Source: a virus. From it: DNA of 56,057 bases. The notes beneath the pieces were generated by a model that did not search any database, was not told the origin of the DNA, and saw only the letters and a list, made by a program, of their open reading frames with translations. The translations under genes and the position numbers were made by a program. The stretch is from the IMG/VR virus record IMGVR_UViG_3300020472_000001, one strand, 5' to 3'. This document shows, piece after piece, positions 13,415-23,054 of the stretch. How positions within the stretch are numbered: the first letter of the stretch is position 1; every line of letters starts with the position of its first letter.

Positions 13415-16400
13415 ATTACAGGCCTACCTGCTACCTGTTCTGCAAAGTCTATACGTTCTTGAGACATTGGATCTGTTGGTGATTGCATGGGTTGAACATC
13501 TGGTAGTTGTGGTAGTTCTTTTATAGGAGCTGTAACTTGTTCTCTTAATTGTTGAAAAATATTTAATCCTTCATCAACACCACCCTCAATGTCTTTATCT
13601 GTAATGCCAATAGCAGTTTTACCAGCCTCAAAAGTATCGTCAACAAAGTCTACAGTTGATGAGACAAAACTACCATCAACCATTCTAACTCCAAACTGTC
13701 TTGCTGCTCGTTCTAATATTTGTATTGCTTGAGAGATAGCACCTGGATCTGTTTTACTTAATAAACCAACAAAACTAGGATTGCCTAATGCAGTTCTTAC
13801 TATTGTTAAACCTAACAATGCAGGTAGTGTCTGTAATGGTGCAAAAACTACTGCAGCACCAAGACCCGCAGCAACTAATCCACCAGCACTACCACCTCTA
13901 CCGATTTCTCCTTTAGTAAGAACGTCTACCTGTCTTTGAAAGTCTCTTAAACCTCTTGTCATCTCTTTACCAAACATAGCTTCAAGCGTTTCATCACCAT
14001 AAGAGTTAAGTGCTGTTTCTAGGTTTCCTGGTTTGAATATATCGTTGATCTTTCCCTTACCATTAAAATCAACTGATCTCTTTAATAACTTCATCATGCT
14101 TGCTTGTTGCACACTATTAAAAACATCATCATCCACAGTTCCTTTAAGTGTATTTATTATTGATGCATTACCTGGTCTAAATATAGTATCTGTTGTGGCC
14201 TCTATACCTTTTTCTGGTAAATCAGATAAAGCTCTATTTGCTCTAAACTTTGCAACTTTTTCTGATTCTTTAGCTAATGCAGTAAGCCCCCTAACAAAAG
14301 ATTTTCCTTGATTATTTGCATCTAAACCAACATTAGTGCCAGTAAATTCTTCCACCAAGTCCCTTAGTTTTGCTGGCGATAAATTTGGTTGTATTCTATT
14401 TAAGTTTCTTATAGTGTCTCTTACGAGCTGTCCAGAGCCAGCACCTAATGAATTTTTAAATAGCACATCTATTTTGCCATTGTTCATTAAATCTTTATCA
14501 AAATTAAAAAACTGTCTAGCAAATGTTGTGTAATTTATACTTTGAGTTTCGCCATCTGTAGCTTTATAAATAGCGTCATCAAAAAATTTTCTTTTAAGTT
14601 GTCCTTTCAATCTTTTTTCTGTAACAGGTTCTTTACCTACGGACTTAAGATATTCATCATAGTTTTTTGTAGCTTTAAATAAATCTTCTAAATCTTTAGC
14701 AGAGCCACCTAAAAACACTCTCTCGTATATTTCATCTGGCGGATGTGCACCTTTAGATGCGTTAGATATAATTTTTTGAATGTTTAAATTATCAAATGGT
14801 TGCATTCTTTGTGCATTTTTTCTATTCGTATCACGTAACAACTCTAATGAATCTGTAATCATATCCTTTTGTTCTTTAGTCATTGTTATGTTTTGTTTTT
14901 TTAAACGCATATTTATATTAGCCAAAGAATCTTTGCCTAAATCTGTCAAAATACTTTTTGGATTATCCATACCGTAGGAATCGATATATCTTTTTATATC
15001 ATAAAGTAATTCTCTTTGAGGCGTTGGCGTAGGTGTTTCTTTTATGTAAATATCTATATCTTTAACCAAGTTTCTTAATTGAAACAAACTCATACCCATA
15101 CCTTGTTCAGTAGCTGCGGGTGTTGTTTGTTTATACAAATCCTCAAACTTTTTTTGTATCTGCATTATTGTGCCACCCTTTACATTTGGGTCTTGAATAC
15201 TTAGATCATAGCCTGGAAAATCATCCTTAAATGATTTAATTCTCATTAATATTTTTTCAAAATAAGTATTAGCAGTTTCATTTATAGCAGCATTGATAGT
15301 ATTAGCAACACCTACCGCTTGACCATCTTTTAATACAAGCTGGTCACCTTCGATAGCACCTGGTCTTGCTCTTCCAATTTTTTGCAGTTCCCCAAAATCA
15401 TCTAGTTCCATTTTGTGAATACTACGCATATCTTTCATCATGTTATCTACTTTTTTGTAATCTTGTCCCATCTCTTTAGTTACAAATGATCTAGCAGTAG
15501 CAACGGTATTTTTTATTGTTTCACCAAACTCTCTTCTACTTGGTACCATGCCATAGTTACCAACTTCAAGTGCATCATCAGTTATTTCACCCAGTAATTT
15601 TTCTAATCTTTGTGTAACGTCTGCCTCTTTGCCTCTTAGTGTTTGCAACCTTTTATTAATTGACTCATCTAATCTTCCCTTTTGCGTGGCCGATATAAAT
15701 GAATCAAGTGCGGCTTGTTCATCTTTGATACCACGTGTAAGGTAGTTTAGTTCAGCAAATAAGTATGCAGCGTTAGATTTATCCCTGTTATTACCAAGCA
15801 CTTGTTCAGCTATACTTTGCGTTCTACCTGGTAACATTCTTTCTAATGATTGTTGTGCTGGTATTGCACCAGTAGTTTTATTCATTTTCCAATCAAACTT
15901 TTTAACTTTACCATCTCTTATAGCTTTTTTAATTTCTCTTTCTGAAGCTTGTCTACCTAGACTTCTATCCAAGTTCATTACATCTAAAACAGATCTATTT
16001 TGATTTTGTTGAAACATAATACGAGAGTCTGATGGTGCTGCTCTTTTTCCTAAAAAAGTCTGGTATATTTTAAATACTCCTTCACCAAGACCTTGTGCTG
16101 CTGAACCAAATATAAACTCTTGTTTGTATAAATTATTTATGTCATCTCTGTCTTGTAGCTGAAAACCCTCCATGGTTTCTATGACTTCTTCTTCTACTGC
16201 TTTACCAGCCGTGCTACCAGTACCAGCCATAAGCATACGTGAAAATACAGGTTTTTTTGTTATAGCAGCTAATCCTCTTACAAGCCTAGCTTGTGGTGAT
16301 AAACCTATGACTGCACCTATTACAGGCCCAGCAATACCTGCTAGATCAGATAAATCGCCTGTTCTTAAATTAAAATCATTTTCATCTATAATTGTGTTTT

Positions 16401-16818
16401 GATTAATTGTAGAACCATCAGTTAAAGTAACAGTTTTAATTAGCTTCTCTAACCCTAATTGTTTCATACCATAAGGTGTCAAAGCTATTTGTCCTTTAGT
16501 ATTTCTCGTAAATCCCATTTCTCCAACTTCGTTGAGTAAAAAGTTTTCTTGAGCAATAGGTTCTTTTGATTTTTGTGTGCCTTGTATAATGTTTTGAATT
16601 ACTTTGTTTTGTTCTTCAGTCGTTTCTGCCATAGACAGATTTCTTCTTAATTTTTTATTATCAACACCAGTTTCATAGTCAAAAAAAAGCTCATCATAAA
16701 AAGGGGACATAGCACCTTGCGCTATTATTGCTTTTACTTTTTTTCTTGCTTCATCAGCATTTTGTGCTTCTACTGTTTCTACAACACCTGGAGCAATTTC
16801 TACATCAAATATTTGCAT
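13411..16818 (-). CDS. very large virion-associated protein (1135 aa; putative internal/ejection protein)
   Basis: Last gene of the late operon. Hydrophobic Gly/Ala-rich stretches (AGIAGPVIGAVIGL, GGLVAAGLGAAVVFAPL). No catalytic motif recognised. Confidence 0.5.
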   Translation of the reverse strand: MQIFDVEIAPGVVETVEAQNADEARKKVKAIIAQGAMSPFYDELFFDYETGVDNKKLRRNLSMAETTEEQNKVIQNIIQGTQKSKEPIAQENFLLNEVGEMGFTRNTKGQIALTPYGMKQLGLEKLIKTVTLTDGSTINQNTIIDENDFNLRTGDLSDLAGIAGPVIGAVIGLSPQARLVRGLAAITKKPVFSRMLMAGTGSTAGKAVEEEVIETMEGFQLQDRDDINNLYKQEFIFGSAAQGLGEGVFKIYQTFLGKRAAPSDSRIMFQQNQNRSVLDVMNLDRSLGRQASEREIKKAIRDGKVKKFDWKMNKTTGAIPAQQSLERMLPGRTQSIAEQVLGNNRDKSNAAYLFAELNYLTRGIKDEQAALDSFISATQKGRLDESINKRLQTLRGKEADVTQRLEKLLGEITDDALEVGNYGMVPSRREFGETIKNTVATARSFVTKEMGQDYKKVDNMMKDMRSIHKMELDDFGELQKIGRARPGAIEGDQLVLKDGQAVGVANTINAAINETANTYFEKILMRIKSFKDDFPGYDLSIQDPNVKGGTIMQIQKKFEDLYKQTTPAATEQGMGMSLFQLRNLVKDIDIYIKETPTPTPQRELLYDIKRYIDSYGMDNPKSILTDLGKDSLANINMRLKKQNITMTKEQKDMITDSLELLRDTNRKNAQRMQPFDNLNIQKIISNASKGAHPPDEIYERVFLGGSAKDLEDLFKATKNYDEYLKSVGKEPVTEKRLKGQLKRKFFDDAIYKATDGETQSINYTTFARQFFNFDKDLMNNGKIDVLFKNSLGAGSGQLVRDTIRNLNRIQPNLSPAKLRDLVEEFTGTNVGLDANNQGKSFVRGLTALAKESEKVAKFRANRALSDLPEKGIEATTDTIFRPGNASIINTLKGTVDDDVFNSVQQASMMKLLKRSVDFNGKGKINDIFKPGNLETALNSYGDETLEAMFGKEMTRGLRDFQRQVDVLTKGEIGRGGSAGGLVAAGLGAAVVFAPLQTLPALLGLTIVRTALGNPSFVGLLSKTDPGAISQAIQILERAARQFGVRMVDGSFVSSTVDFVDDTFEAGKTAIGITDKDIEGGVDEGLNIFQQLREQVTAPIKELPQLPDVQPMQSPTDPMSQERIDFAEQVAGRPVI

Positions 16819-18827
16819 TATTCTTTTGCTAAAGTAATTGCAGTTCTTGGTTGCGAATAACTTGCGTATTGATTTGAGTAAATTGTATCTTTTAGCTTAC
16901 CAGTATTTAAAAATGTGACAATATTTGGGCTACCAATCAAAGCTAAATCACCATATTTTGACATACCCGCATAGTTTGTTTTAAGTCTGTTAGATGCATT
17001 TTGTAAATTTGTAGTAATACCTTTTCTAGTTTCGTTTAATGTTTCTAGCACTTCTGCATCAGTTTTACCAATTTCTAAACTACCCACTAATCTTTCAACT
17101 ATTTGTCTATCTAAGTTAGATATAGTTTTACCCGATTCACCTAAAATATCTCTAATATTTTTTTGTGTTATTTGATTTAATAAGACTCTAGCTCTTGTTC
17201 TCGAATCTAATTTATCCCAACTTACACCGTTAGGGTCAGGTTTGCCAGTTTTTACATTAAATATAGAGCCAGCTTTAGTTAAAAATTCTTTTACAATAGC
17301 TTTACCAGATGTTGTGTCTTCATTAAGAACAATGGACTCAACTCTATCAACAACTTCTAATACGTTAGTAGAACTTACAACATCATTGTAGTCTGCGTTA
17401 ATTTCACCAGCTAAATCAATTTTTTGTTGTGGTTTTAACTGTTCACCAGGATCTAATGCAGCCTTTGCTTCTTCTATAGCAATAAGTTTTGCCATCTCAG
17501 CATCTGCCTGATCTTTAGCTATATCTCTTGCAGCTCTTTCTTCTGCAGCTTTAGCAGCACCTAAAACAAGACCTGGACCCATTTGACCAGATTCTGCTAA
17601 ACCAGCACCAACATTTCTAACAAAATCTAAGAATCTGTCTGTTCCAAAGAAACCAGGTTGGTTAAGTTTTTTATCAGTATCATTTCTATAATTTTCTTTA
17701 GTACCTATGTTTATAGCTTTATTAAAGTATTCATCTGGATCTATACCTTCGGCCTCTAATTTTTTAATAACTTTTATTTGATCAGCTACAGCTTTTTTAT
17801 TTTCATCTAAAGCATCCATACCTGGTAAATTTTGTTTATCTAATTCAAACTTTAGTTCATCTTCAGATAAAGGATCAAATTTACTGATTGTTTCAGCCAA
17901 ACTTTCGGCTTCTGTTTTTTCAATATTTATACTTGGTTGTGTTACTTCATCCAATAAGCTAGTAATTTCATCTACATTAATATCTGTTGGTCTTTGTATA
18001 TCTTCTTCTGCAAATCTAGACTCTAAATCTATACGCTCTCCAGAAAGTTCTGCTAGACTTGTTGATAGTTCATCAAGGTTTAAAGATTCATTATATACAT
18101 CTACACTTGGTTCTGATTTTATAGGTCGCATACCTACTTCATTAGGCATAATATTGGGATTTTGTCTTAAAAAAGCTTGGTCTTCTAAAGAATATTGACT
18201 CAACATCATTTCTCTTTGTTGTTTTAAAAAATCAGACTGACTTACTTTGCTTCTCATATCTTCATCACGAAAATCAAAAGTGCTTGTGTCTTCAACTATA
18301 GGTTGTGTTTCTATAGGATCTTTCACAGTTATACCTTGTAGCATAAACCTAGATCTATCTTGATCAGATGGTATTACAGAATCGGAAACCATTACACCAC
18401 GTCTTTGACCAAATCTACCTTCGCCTTCTGGTAAACGACCATAAGAAAAATCACCACCTGCATCTTTTAAAAATTGTGATCCTGTTACCTCACCAACACC
18501 TCTTATGCCTGCTCTGACCATAGGCTCTGCAGCTCTTGCTACTCTAAATCCTATATTAGCTATGTTAGTCCCTATATCTTGTCGTGCTTGAAAAGGACCT
18601 ATTTTAGGTGCATCTTTTTCTTGAAAGTCCTCTAGAATAGATTGCACAGCAGATCCTTTTTCTAAAGAATCATCCATTAATATTTTGTAAGGATTAAAAC
18701 CAAAAGTGTCAATAAAGTCTGGTTTTATATCATAAACTTCTCCAGTAACTTTATCTCTGATTTGATAAGCACCTAAAGTGTTAGATGCCCCACCAACTTG
18801 AAACATTCTACGATTCATGAAGTTCAT
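16818..18827 (-). CDS. large virion-associated protein (669 aa)
   Basis: Translationally coupled to its neighbours. It contains the NIRDILGESGKTISNLDR motif shared with ORF 54792..55181. Confidence 0.5.
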   Translation of the reverse strand: MNFMNRRMFQVGGASNTLGAYQIRDKVTGEVYDIKPDFIDTFGFNPYKILMDDSLEKGSAVQSILEDFQEKDAPKIGPFQARQDIGTNIANIGFRVARAAEPMVRAGIRGVGEVTGSQFLKDAGGDFSYGRLPEGEGRFGQRRGVMVSDSVIPSDQDRSRFMLQGITVKDPIETQPIVEDTSTFDFRDEDMRSKVSQSDFLKQQREMMLSQYSLEDQAFLRQNPNIMPNEVGMRPIKSEPSVDVYNESLNLDELSTSLAELSGERIDLESRFAEEDIQRPTDINVDEITSLLDEVTQPSINIEKTEAESLAETISKFDPLSEDELKFELDKQNLPGMDALDENKKAVADQIKVIKKLEAEGIDPDEYFNKAINIGTKENYRNDTDKKLNQPGFFGTDRFLDFVRNVGAGLAESGQMGPGLVLGAAKAAEERAARDIAKDQADAEMAKLIAIEEAKAALDPGEQLKPQQKIDLAGEINADYNDVVSSTNVLEVVDRVESIVLNEDTTSGKAIVKEFLTKAGSIFNVKTGKPDPNGVSWDKLDSRTRARVLLNQITQKNIRDILGESGKTISNLDRQIVERLVGSLEIGKTDAEVLETLNETRKGITTNLQNASNRLKTNYAGMSKYGDLALIGSPNIVTFLNTGKLKDTIYSNQYASYSQPRTAITLAKE

Positions 18828-20653
18828 TAACTACTACCTTGTCTTGGAGCTAAAGCACCGTAGGCACTAAATGCTGCACCTAGTCCTGCTGCTGAAGGAT
18901 CTGTTGGCATACCATACCCAGAGTCAATCTGTGTTTGTGATGCTTGATAGCCTGGTAACATAGAACCAATTTGTCCAAGTGTTTGAATTGGTCTGTACTG
19001 TTGTCCAACTTGTTGTTCAAATATTCTACCTAATCCAGTCTCAGCAATACCTCTTCCTGTACCACCAAAGCCTGCTAGTTCGCCTCTTTGACCTGCTCTA
19101 AGACCTTCTTGAGTCTGACCTATACCACCAATTTGACTACCGTATCCTGCTAACTGTGATCCAAGTGCTGATGCAGCACTACCTCTGCCAACACCTATAC
19201 CCATAAGACCTTGTGCTCCAGTTCTTTTAGCTGCTTGCTGTCTTGCAAACTCACCTAAACCTGTGCTTTGTGCTTGTGTAAATCCTGTTTGTCTTATACC
19301 ACTTAATGCTTTTGCTAGGCCTTCTCCAAGATCTTGTCTACGTTCTTCTGCACCAAGTCTTGCTCTACTACCACCAAAGGCTCCAGAACTAATCTCACGA
19401 GCTCTAGCAGCTATATCTTGCTTGTCACCAGCTTTCATTACATCTTCAATAGTTTGTTGTACTACTGCATCTTCATAAGGATTGTAGAACTGTTGTGTCA
19501 TACTAGGATCGTATGCACCCATAGTATCTTTATAAATTTCTTCAGCTTGTGTGTAATAAGGATCTTGTAGTCCTTCTGCTCTTCTTGATTGCTCTATCGC
19601 TTGATTAACTAAATCTCTGTTTTGTTGTAAAAATGGTTCAAAGCCACCTATACCTGCTACAGCTTGTTGTCTTGCTAATAATTCTAGTGGAGATAAACCT
19701 GCTGTTTGTTGTAAAGGTACATCACTACCAATTAGATTAGAGCCTGCTTGTTGCAACTGTTGAAAGAATCCTGGTGAGTCTTGCGTACCAAAGTATAGAG
19801 ATCTAATTAATGGATCTGTTAACTTTTCAGATGTTTGTTGTTGTAACAACACAGGATCTATTGCACCCATAGGCATTTCTGTTTGTGTGGGTACTGCCCC
19901 AGCCGTAGGTGCCACTGCAGCTGGCTCGACAGGAGCAGGTTGAGAAACTATTGGCTGAATCGGCTCAACCTCTACTGGTGGTTTTCCGCCTGTAACTGGA
20001 ATTGGATCTCCTATCTCTGCGATTCTTTCAGGAGGAAGTTCAGCAATCATAGGTCTAGGAATTTTAGGAGGATTGTTACCAATATTTTTTACAAAATCTG
20101 GAGGTGTTGTTTGTAATGGTAGTTTAGGTAATCTAGCCATATCATCTGTATTACCTATTCTTTCTATAGACATAAAATCGTCACGTCTTGGTGGAATAAT
20201 TGGTCTTTCTAATATTTCTCTTTGTGGTATTAAAGATGTGTCTAAAGCAGGTCCACCTATATTGATAGCTGGTGGTGCTGAGGGAGGTACAGAAGGCATC
20301 ATTAATTTTTCTGGTCTAAAGAAATCTTCTGAACGTCTAATACCTGGGCCAAAGCCTCTATCTTCTAGGGGTCTAAAGTTTTTATTTATACCACCTACAC
20401 CGCCTATTGATGGTGGTTTTGGAGGTATTATAGGTGGTTTCATACGTGGTAAAACTGGATCAGTAATATTTACGGGTGGTGTTATTGGTGTTTGTGGAGG
20501 TAAAAATGGGTTTGGTTGTTCAAAAATACTTCTTTCTGGCATACCTAATCCAGGCTCTCTTAATATTGGTCTAACGCCCATGCCACCCCTACCCCTTGTT
20601 CTAGATGGTGCTTGCCCTATAGGTGCTTGTATAAAATCTTTTAAAAATCCCAT
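18827..20653 (-). CDS. large virion-associated protein (608 aa), Pro-rich N-terminal half and Gly/Gln-rich C-terminal half
   Basis: ORF in a coupled chain. Strong compositional bias. No enzymatic motif recognised. Confidence 0.5.
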   Translation of the reverse strand: MGFLKDFIQAPIGQAPSRTRGRGGMGVRPILREPGLGMPERSIFEQPNPFLPPQTPITPPVNITDPVLPRMKPPIIPPKPPSIGGVGGINKNFRPLEDRGFGPGIRRSEDFFRPEKLMMPSVPPSAPPAINIGGPALDTSLIPQREILERPIIPPRRDDFMSIERIGNTDDMARLPKLPLQTTPPDFVKNIGNNPPKIPRPMIAELPPERIAEIGDPIPVTGGKPPVEVEPIQPIVSQPAPVEPAAVAPTAGAVPTQTEMPMGAIDPVLLQQQTSEKLTDPLIRSLYFGTQDSPGFFQQLQQAGSNLIGSDVPLQQTAGLSPLELLARQQAVAGIGGFEPFLQQNRDLVNQAIEQSRRAEGLQDPYYTQAEEIYKDTMGAYDPSMTQQFYNPYEDAVVQQTIEDVMKAGDKQDIAARAREISSGAFGGSRARLGAEERRQDLGEGLAKALSGIRQTGFTQAQSTGLGEFARQQAAKRTGAQGLMGIGVGRGSAASALGSQLAGYGSQIGGIGQTQEGLRAGQRGELAGFGGTGRGIAETGLGRIFEQQVGQQYRPIQTLGQIGSMLPGYQASQTQIDSGYGMPTDPSAAGLGAAFSAYGALAPRQGSS

Positions 20654-22017
20654 TATGCCATTCCTACTTTGTTAAATTGCTCAAAGGTCTTCATAAGTTT
20701 GTCCATATTCTTTGCACCTTTTTGTCTGTTTGGTTTGCCATTTGGTATAAGCTCTAAACCTGTTTCTGTTTTTGTTACCTTAAATCCACCTAAACCATTG
20801 TTAGCAGCAGAAGTCATTACAAACTCTCCATCACTTAACATAGCTGGTATATCATCACTTGTACCTGTTCCTGGGCCTATTGAAGGACCACCCATACGCA
20901 TATCTAGTTCTTGTAGTCCGCCTTTTGCAGCACTTCTTACGCCTAAATCAAAACCTGTAAATGTAGGTGCAGGCATAAGATCTGGTCTTACAGATTGTCT
21001 TATGTCTTTCAAGCCACCTTCTTTACGTTTAAAATCTTCTTTAACAGCTTTTCCATAAAGTGCGGCCATTGCAGCTAATCCTGGATTAATACCTCCAGAC
21101 CCAACTCCCATAAAACTACCATCTCCCCCACCTAATTGCCCATCTGGACCTTTTATAGAATCTTCAATACCTTTTATAAATTCAGGTGTGTTGCCTTTAC
21201 CTAATATCATTCTTCCAAAGTTAAAAGGACTGCTTGATGTCTGTGTATTAACAGCATTCATGAATCCACCTGGAGATGTTTGTGAAACTTGATTAAACTG
21301 ATCAAAATTACCAGATGCTATCCTTTCATCTACTTGTGCTTGTGTTAGGTATTCTCCAGGATTACTAGGATCTTCATACATAACTTCCTCTGTCATGGGT
21401 TGTTGATCACCACCAAACAACCCAAAATAACCTTTCTTTTGGTCATCCATGTATGTTTGCCCTATATTTCTACCGTATTGCAAAGGATTAAATTTACCAT
21501 CAACACTACCTATGGCTTTGAATGCGTCTCCAAAACCACCGCCTGCTTTTAAAAAATCTCCAGATGTAACTGATTTTAATGCACCGTCTGCACCAAATAC
21601 TTTTTGACTACCGCCAGCCATAACAGTCATTATGTCGCCTAGACCACCCTCGCCTTTAGCAATATTAACTACAGCTCTACCTTTGTTATATAAAATAGCT
21701 GGTGCTTGCCATGGTCCAGGTATAACTGCTGCAATAGGTGCAACTTTTTTAACTACTTTTTTAACTGATTTAGCTAGTTTTTTAAGAAAACCAAACTCTG
21801 CCATACCTGTTATAGGGTTGATAGACATACCTTGACCTACAGTATATTCACTTGGATCTAGTCCAGCAGACATCATTTCTTGTTCTATAATTTTTTGTGT
21901 TTGTGGAGAGATTACTGGTGGGACAACCATTTCTCCTGGTGCTACATGGGCAAGCATACTGTCTTCTCCCCTTCCTAAACCTGCTATGCCTGTTCCTGAA
22001 TTGTCTGTTCTATTCAT
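20653..22017 (-). CDS. virion-associated protein (454 aa) with duplicated PGE(F/M)V motif
   Basis: DSMLAHVAPGEMVVPP near the N-terminus and DDIPAMLSDGEFVMTS near the C-terminus. Gly-rich. Confidence 0.5.
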   Translation of the reverse strand: MNRTDNSGTGIAGLGRGEDSMLAHVAPGEMVVPPVISPQTQKIIEQEMMSAGLDPSEYTVGQGMSINPITGMAEFGFLKKLAKSVKKVVKKVAPIAAVIPGPWQAPAILYNKGRAVVNIAKGEGGLGDIMTVMAGGSQKVFGADGALKSVTSGDFLKAGGGFGDAFKAIGSVDGKFNPLQYGRNIGQTYMDDQKKGYFGLFGGDQQPMTEEVMYEDPSNPGEYLTQAQVDERIASGNFDQFNQVSQTSPGGFMNAVNTQTSSSPFNFGRMILGKGNTPEFIKGIEDSIKGPDGQLGGGDGSFMGVGSGGINPGLAAMAALYGKAVKEDFKRKEGGLKDIRQSVRPDLMPAPTFTGFDLGVRSAAKGGLQELDMRMGGPSIGPGTGTSDDIPAMLSDGEFVMTSAANNGLGGFKVTKTETGLELIPNGKPNRQKGAKNMDKLMKTFEQFNKVGMA

Positions 22018-22023
22018 GCTCTA

Positions 22024-22731
22024 TTATTCCTGTAAACATTTTAACCAAAATACTAATAAGTATCTATCTCCTGATTCTACTGCAAGTCCCCTGTGCATAT
22101 GAGTAAAACTCGGAAAAATTAGAGCGTGGCCTGTAGGTAAGGGCTCGACTGTACCACGTTTTAAAAACTCAGTTCCGCCACCTTTGTACTTTCCAGTGTT
22201 CAAAGGAACTACCATACTAATATCAGCACTTGCATCGTGATGCCAAGCACCTTGTTTTTTATCCCTTAAATTATAATTGGCTATTTGTATTCCACCACCA
22301 TTTACGTGTCTGTTCCAAATATTCAAAAATATAGGATTACCTATAGTATATATCGTATGCATTAAGGATTGGAAGATTTCAGGACAATTATCTTGAAAAG
22401 TTATTTCTGGTATTTGTCTTAATGTGTCCTCTTCATTGTTTGGTTGAAAGCCAAAATAAGCTTCTAAATTCTTCATTTCATCTAAAAGTATGTCGCAAAA
22501 CTTCTTAGAAAAGAATGGTACTGTATACACATCTTTTAATGGTTCTTGAATAATTTTATCTAATGAGGTGTCTTTTCTTTCTGTATCACCTTTTTGTTCG
22601 TAAAATTCAACAATAGGCTTAATAGAGTCTGATACTGCATAAAATGTGTCCTTTTGTATGTACCAGTCGGCAGGATGTTCTAAAAGAATGTTCTTTGTTT
22701 TATAGTTTAGATCTTCTGCTGTATTACTCAT
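22024..22731 (-). CDS. 2OG-Fe(II) oxygenase (prolyl-4-hydroxylase-like)
   Basis: H-x-D (WHHDAS), a distal His (THMHRG) and an RYLLVFW strand fit the double-stranded beta-helix dioxygenase pattern. Confidence 0.75.
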   Translation of the reverse strand: MSNTAEDLNYKTKNILLEHPADWYIQKDTFYAVSDSIKPIVEFYEQKGDTERKDTSLDKIIQEPLKDVYTVPFFSKKFCDILLDEMKNLEAYFGFQPNNEEDTLRQIPEITFQDNCPEIFQSLMHTIYTIGNPIFLNIWNRHVNGGGIQIANYNLRDKKQGAWHHDASADISMVVPLNTGKYKGGGTEFLKRGTVEPLPTGHALIFPSFTHMHRGLAVESGDRYLLVFWLKCLQE

Positions 22732-23054
22732 AGTGTTATGGTTATATCGCCATTAGTTTTTACAGAAACTTCACCTAAGGCTGATGCCATCTCAAATCCT
22801 TGAGGCAATGTTCTATCACCAATATCTACCCACTTGTTGCCAGTATAGACTTGTAATACACCTACTGTTGTATTCCAGATGATGCTACCGTCATTAAATT
22901 TAAGCGTATTTTTTTCTGCGTCAGTAATTTGTCTTACATTATCAAGATCTACAGAACCTAAATTAATTTCAAGAATTCTTACTAATCTATTAAAAAGATC
23001 TGAAGTAACCGTATCACTAGCTATAGGTAGCTGTGTTTGTAGAAGTTTGCTCAT
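22728..23054 (-). CDS. hypothetical structural-module protein (108 aa)
   Basis: ORF with ATGA-type coupling on both sides. Confidence 0.7.
   Translation of the reverse strand: MSKLLQTQLPIASDTVTSDLFNRLVRILEINLGSVDLDNVRQITDAEKNTLKFNDGSIIWNTTVGVLQVYTGNKWVDIGDRTLPQGFEMASALGEVSVKTNGDITITL

Noticed and set aside
20073-20675. 200-aa plus-strand ORF (and 19263..20116 neighbours) opposite the 608-aa gene
   Set aside because: It is an antisense frame kept open by the Pro/Gly-rich codon bias of the real minus-strand gene. It has no start context.
13411-22017. Virion RNA polymerase or lytic transglycosylase domains in the four giant late proteins
   Set aside because: I looked for polymerase-type (T7/N4-like) motifs and for an SLT ES-GLMQ-type motif and saw none. 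The proteins are left as unassigned virion-associated proteins.
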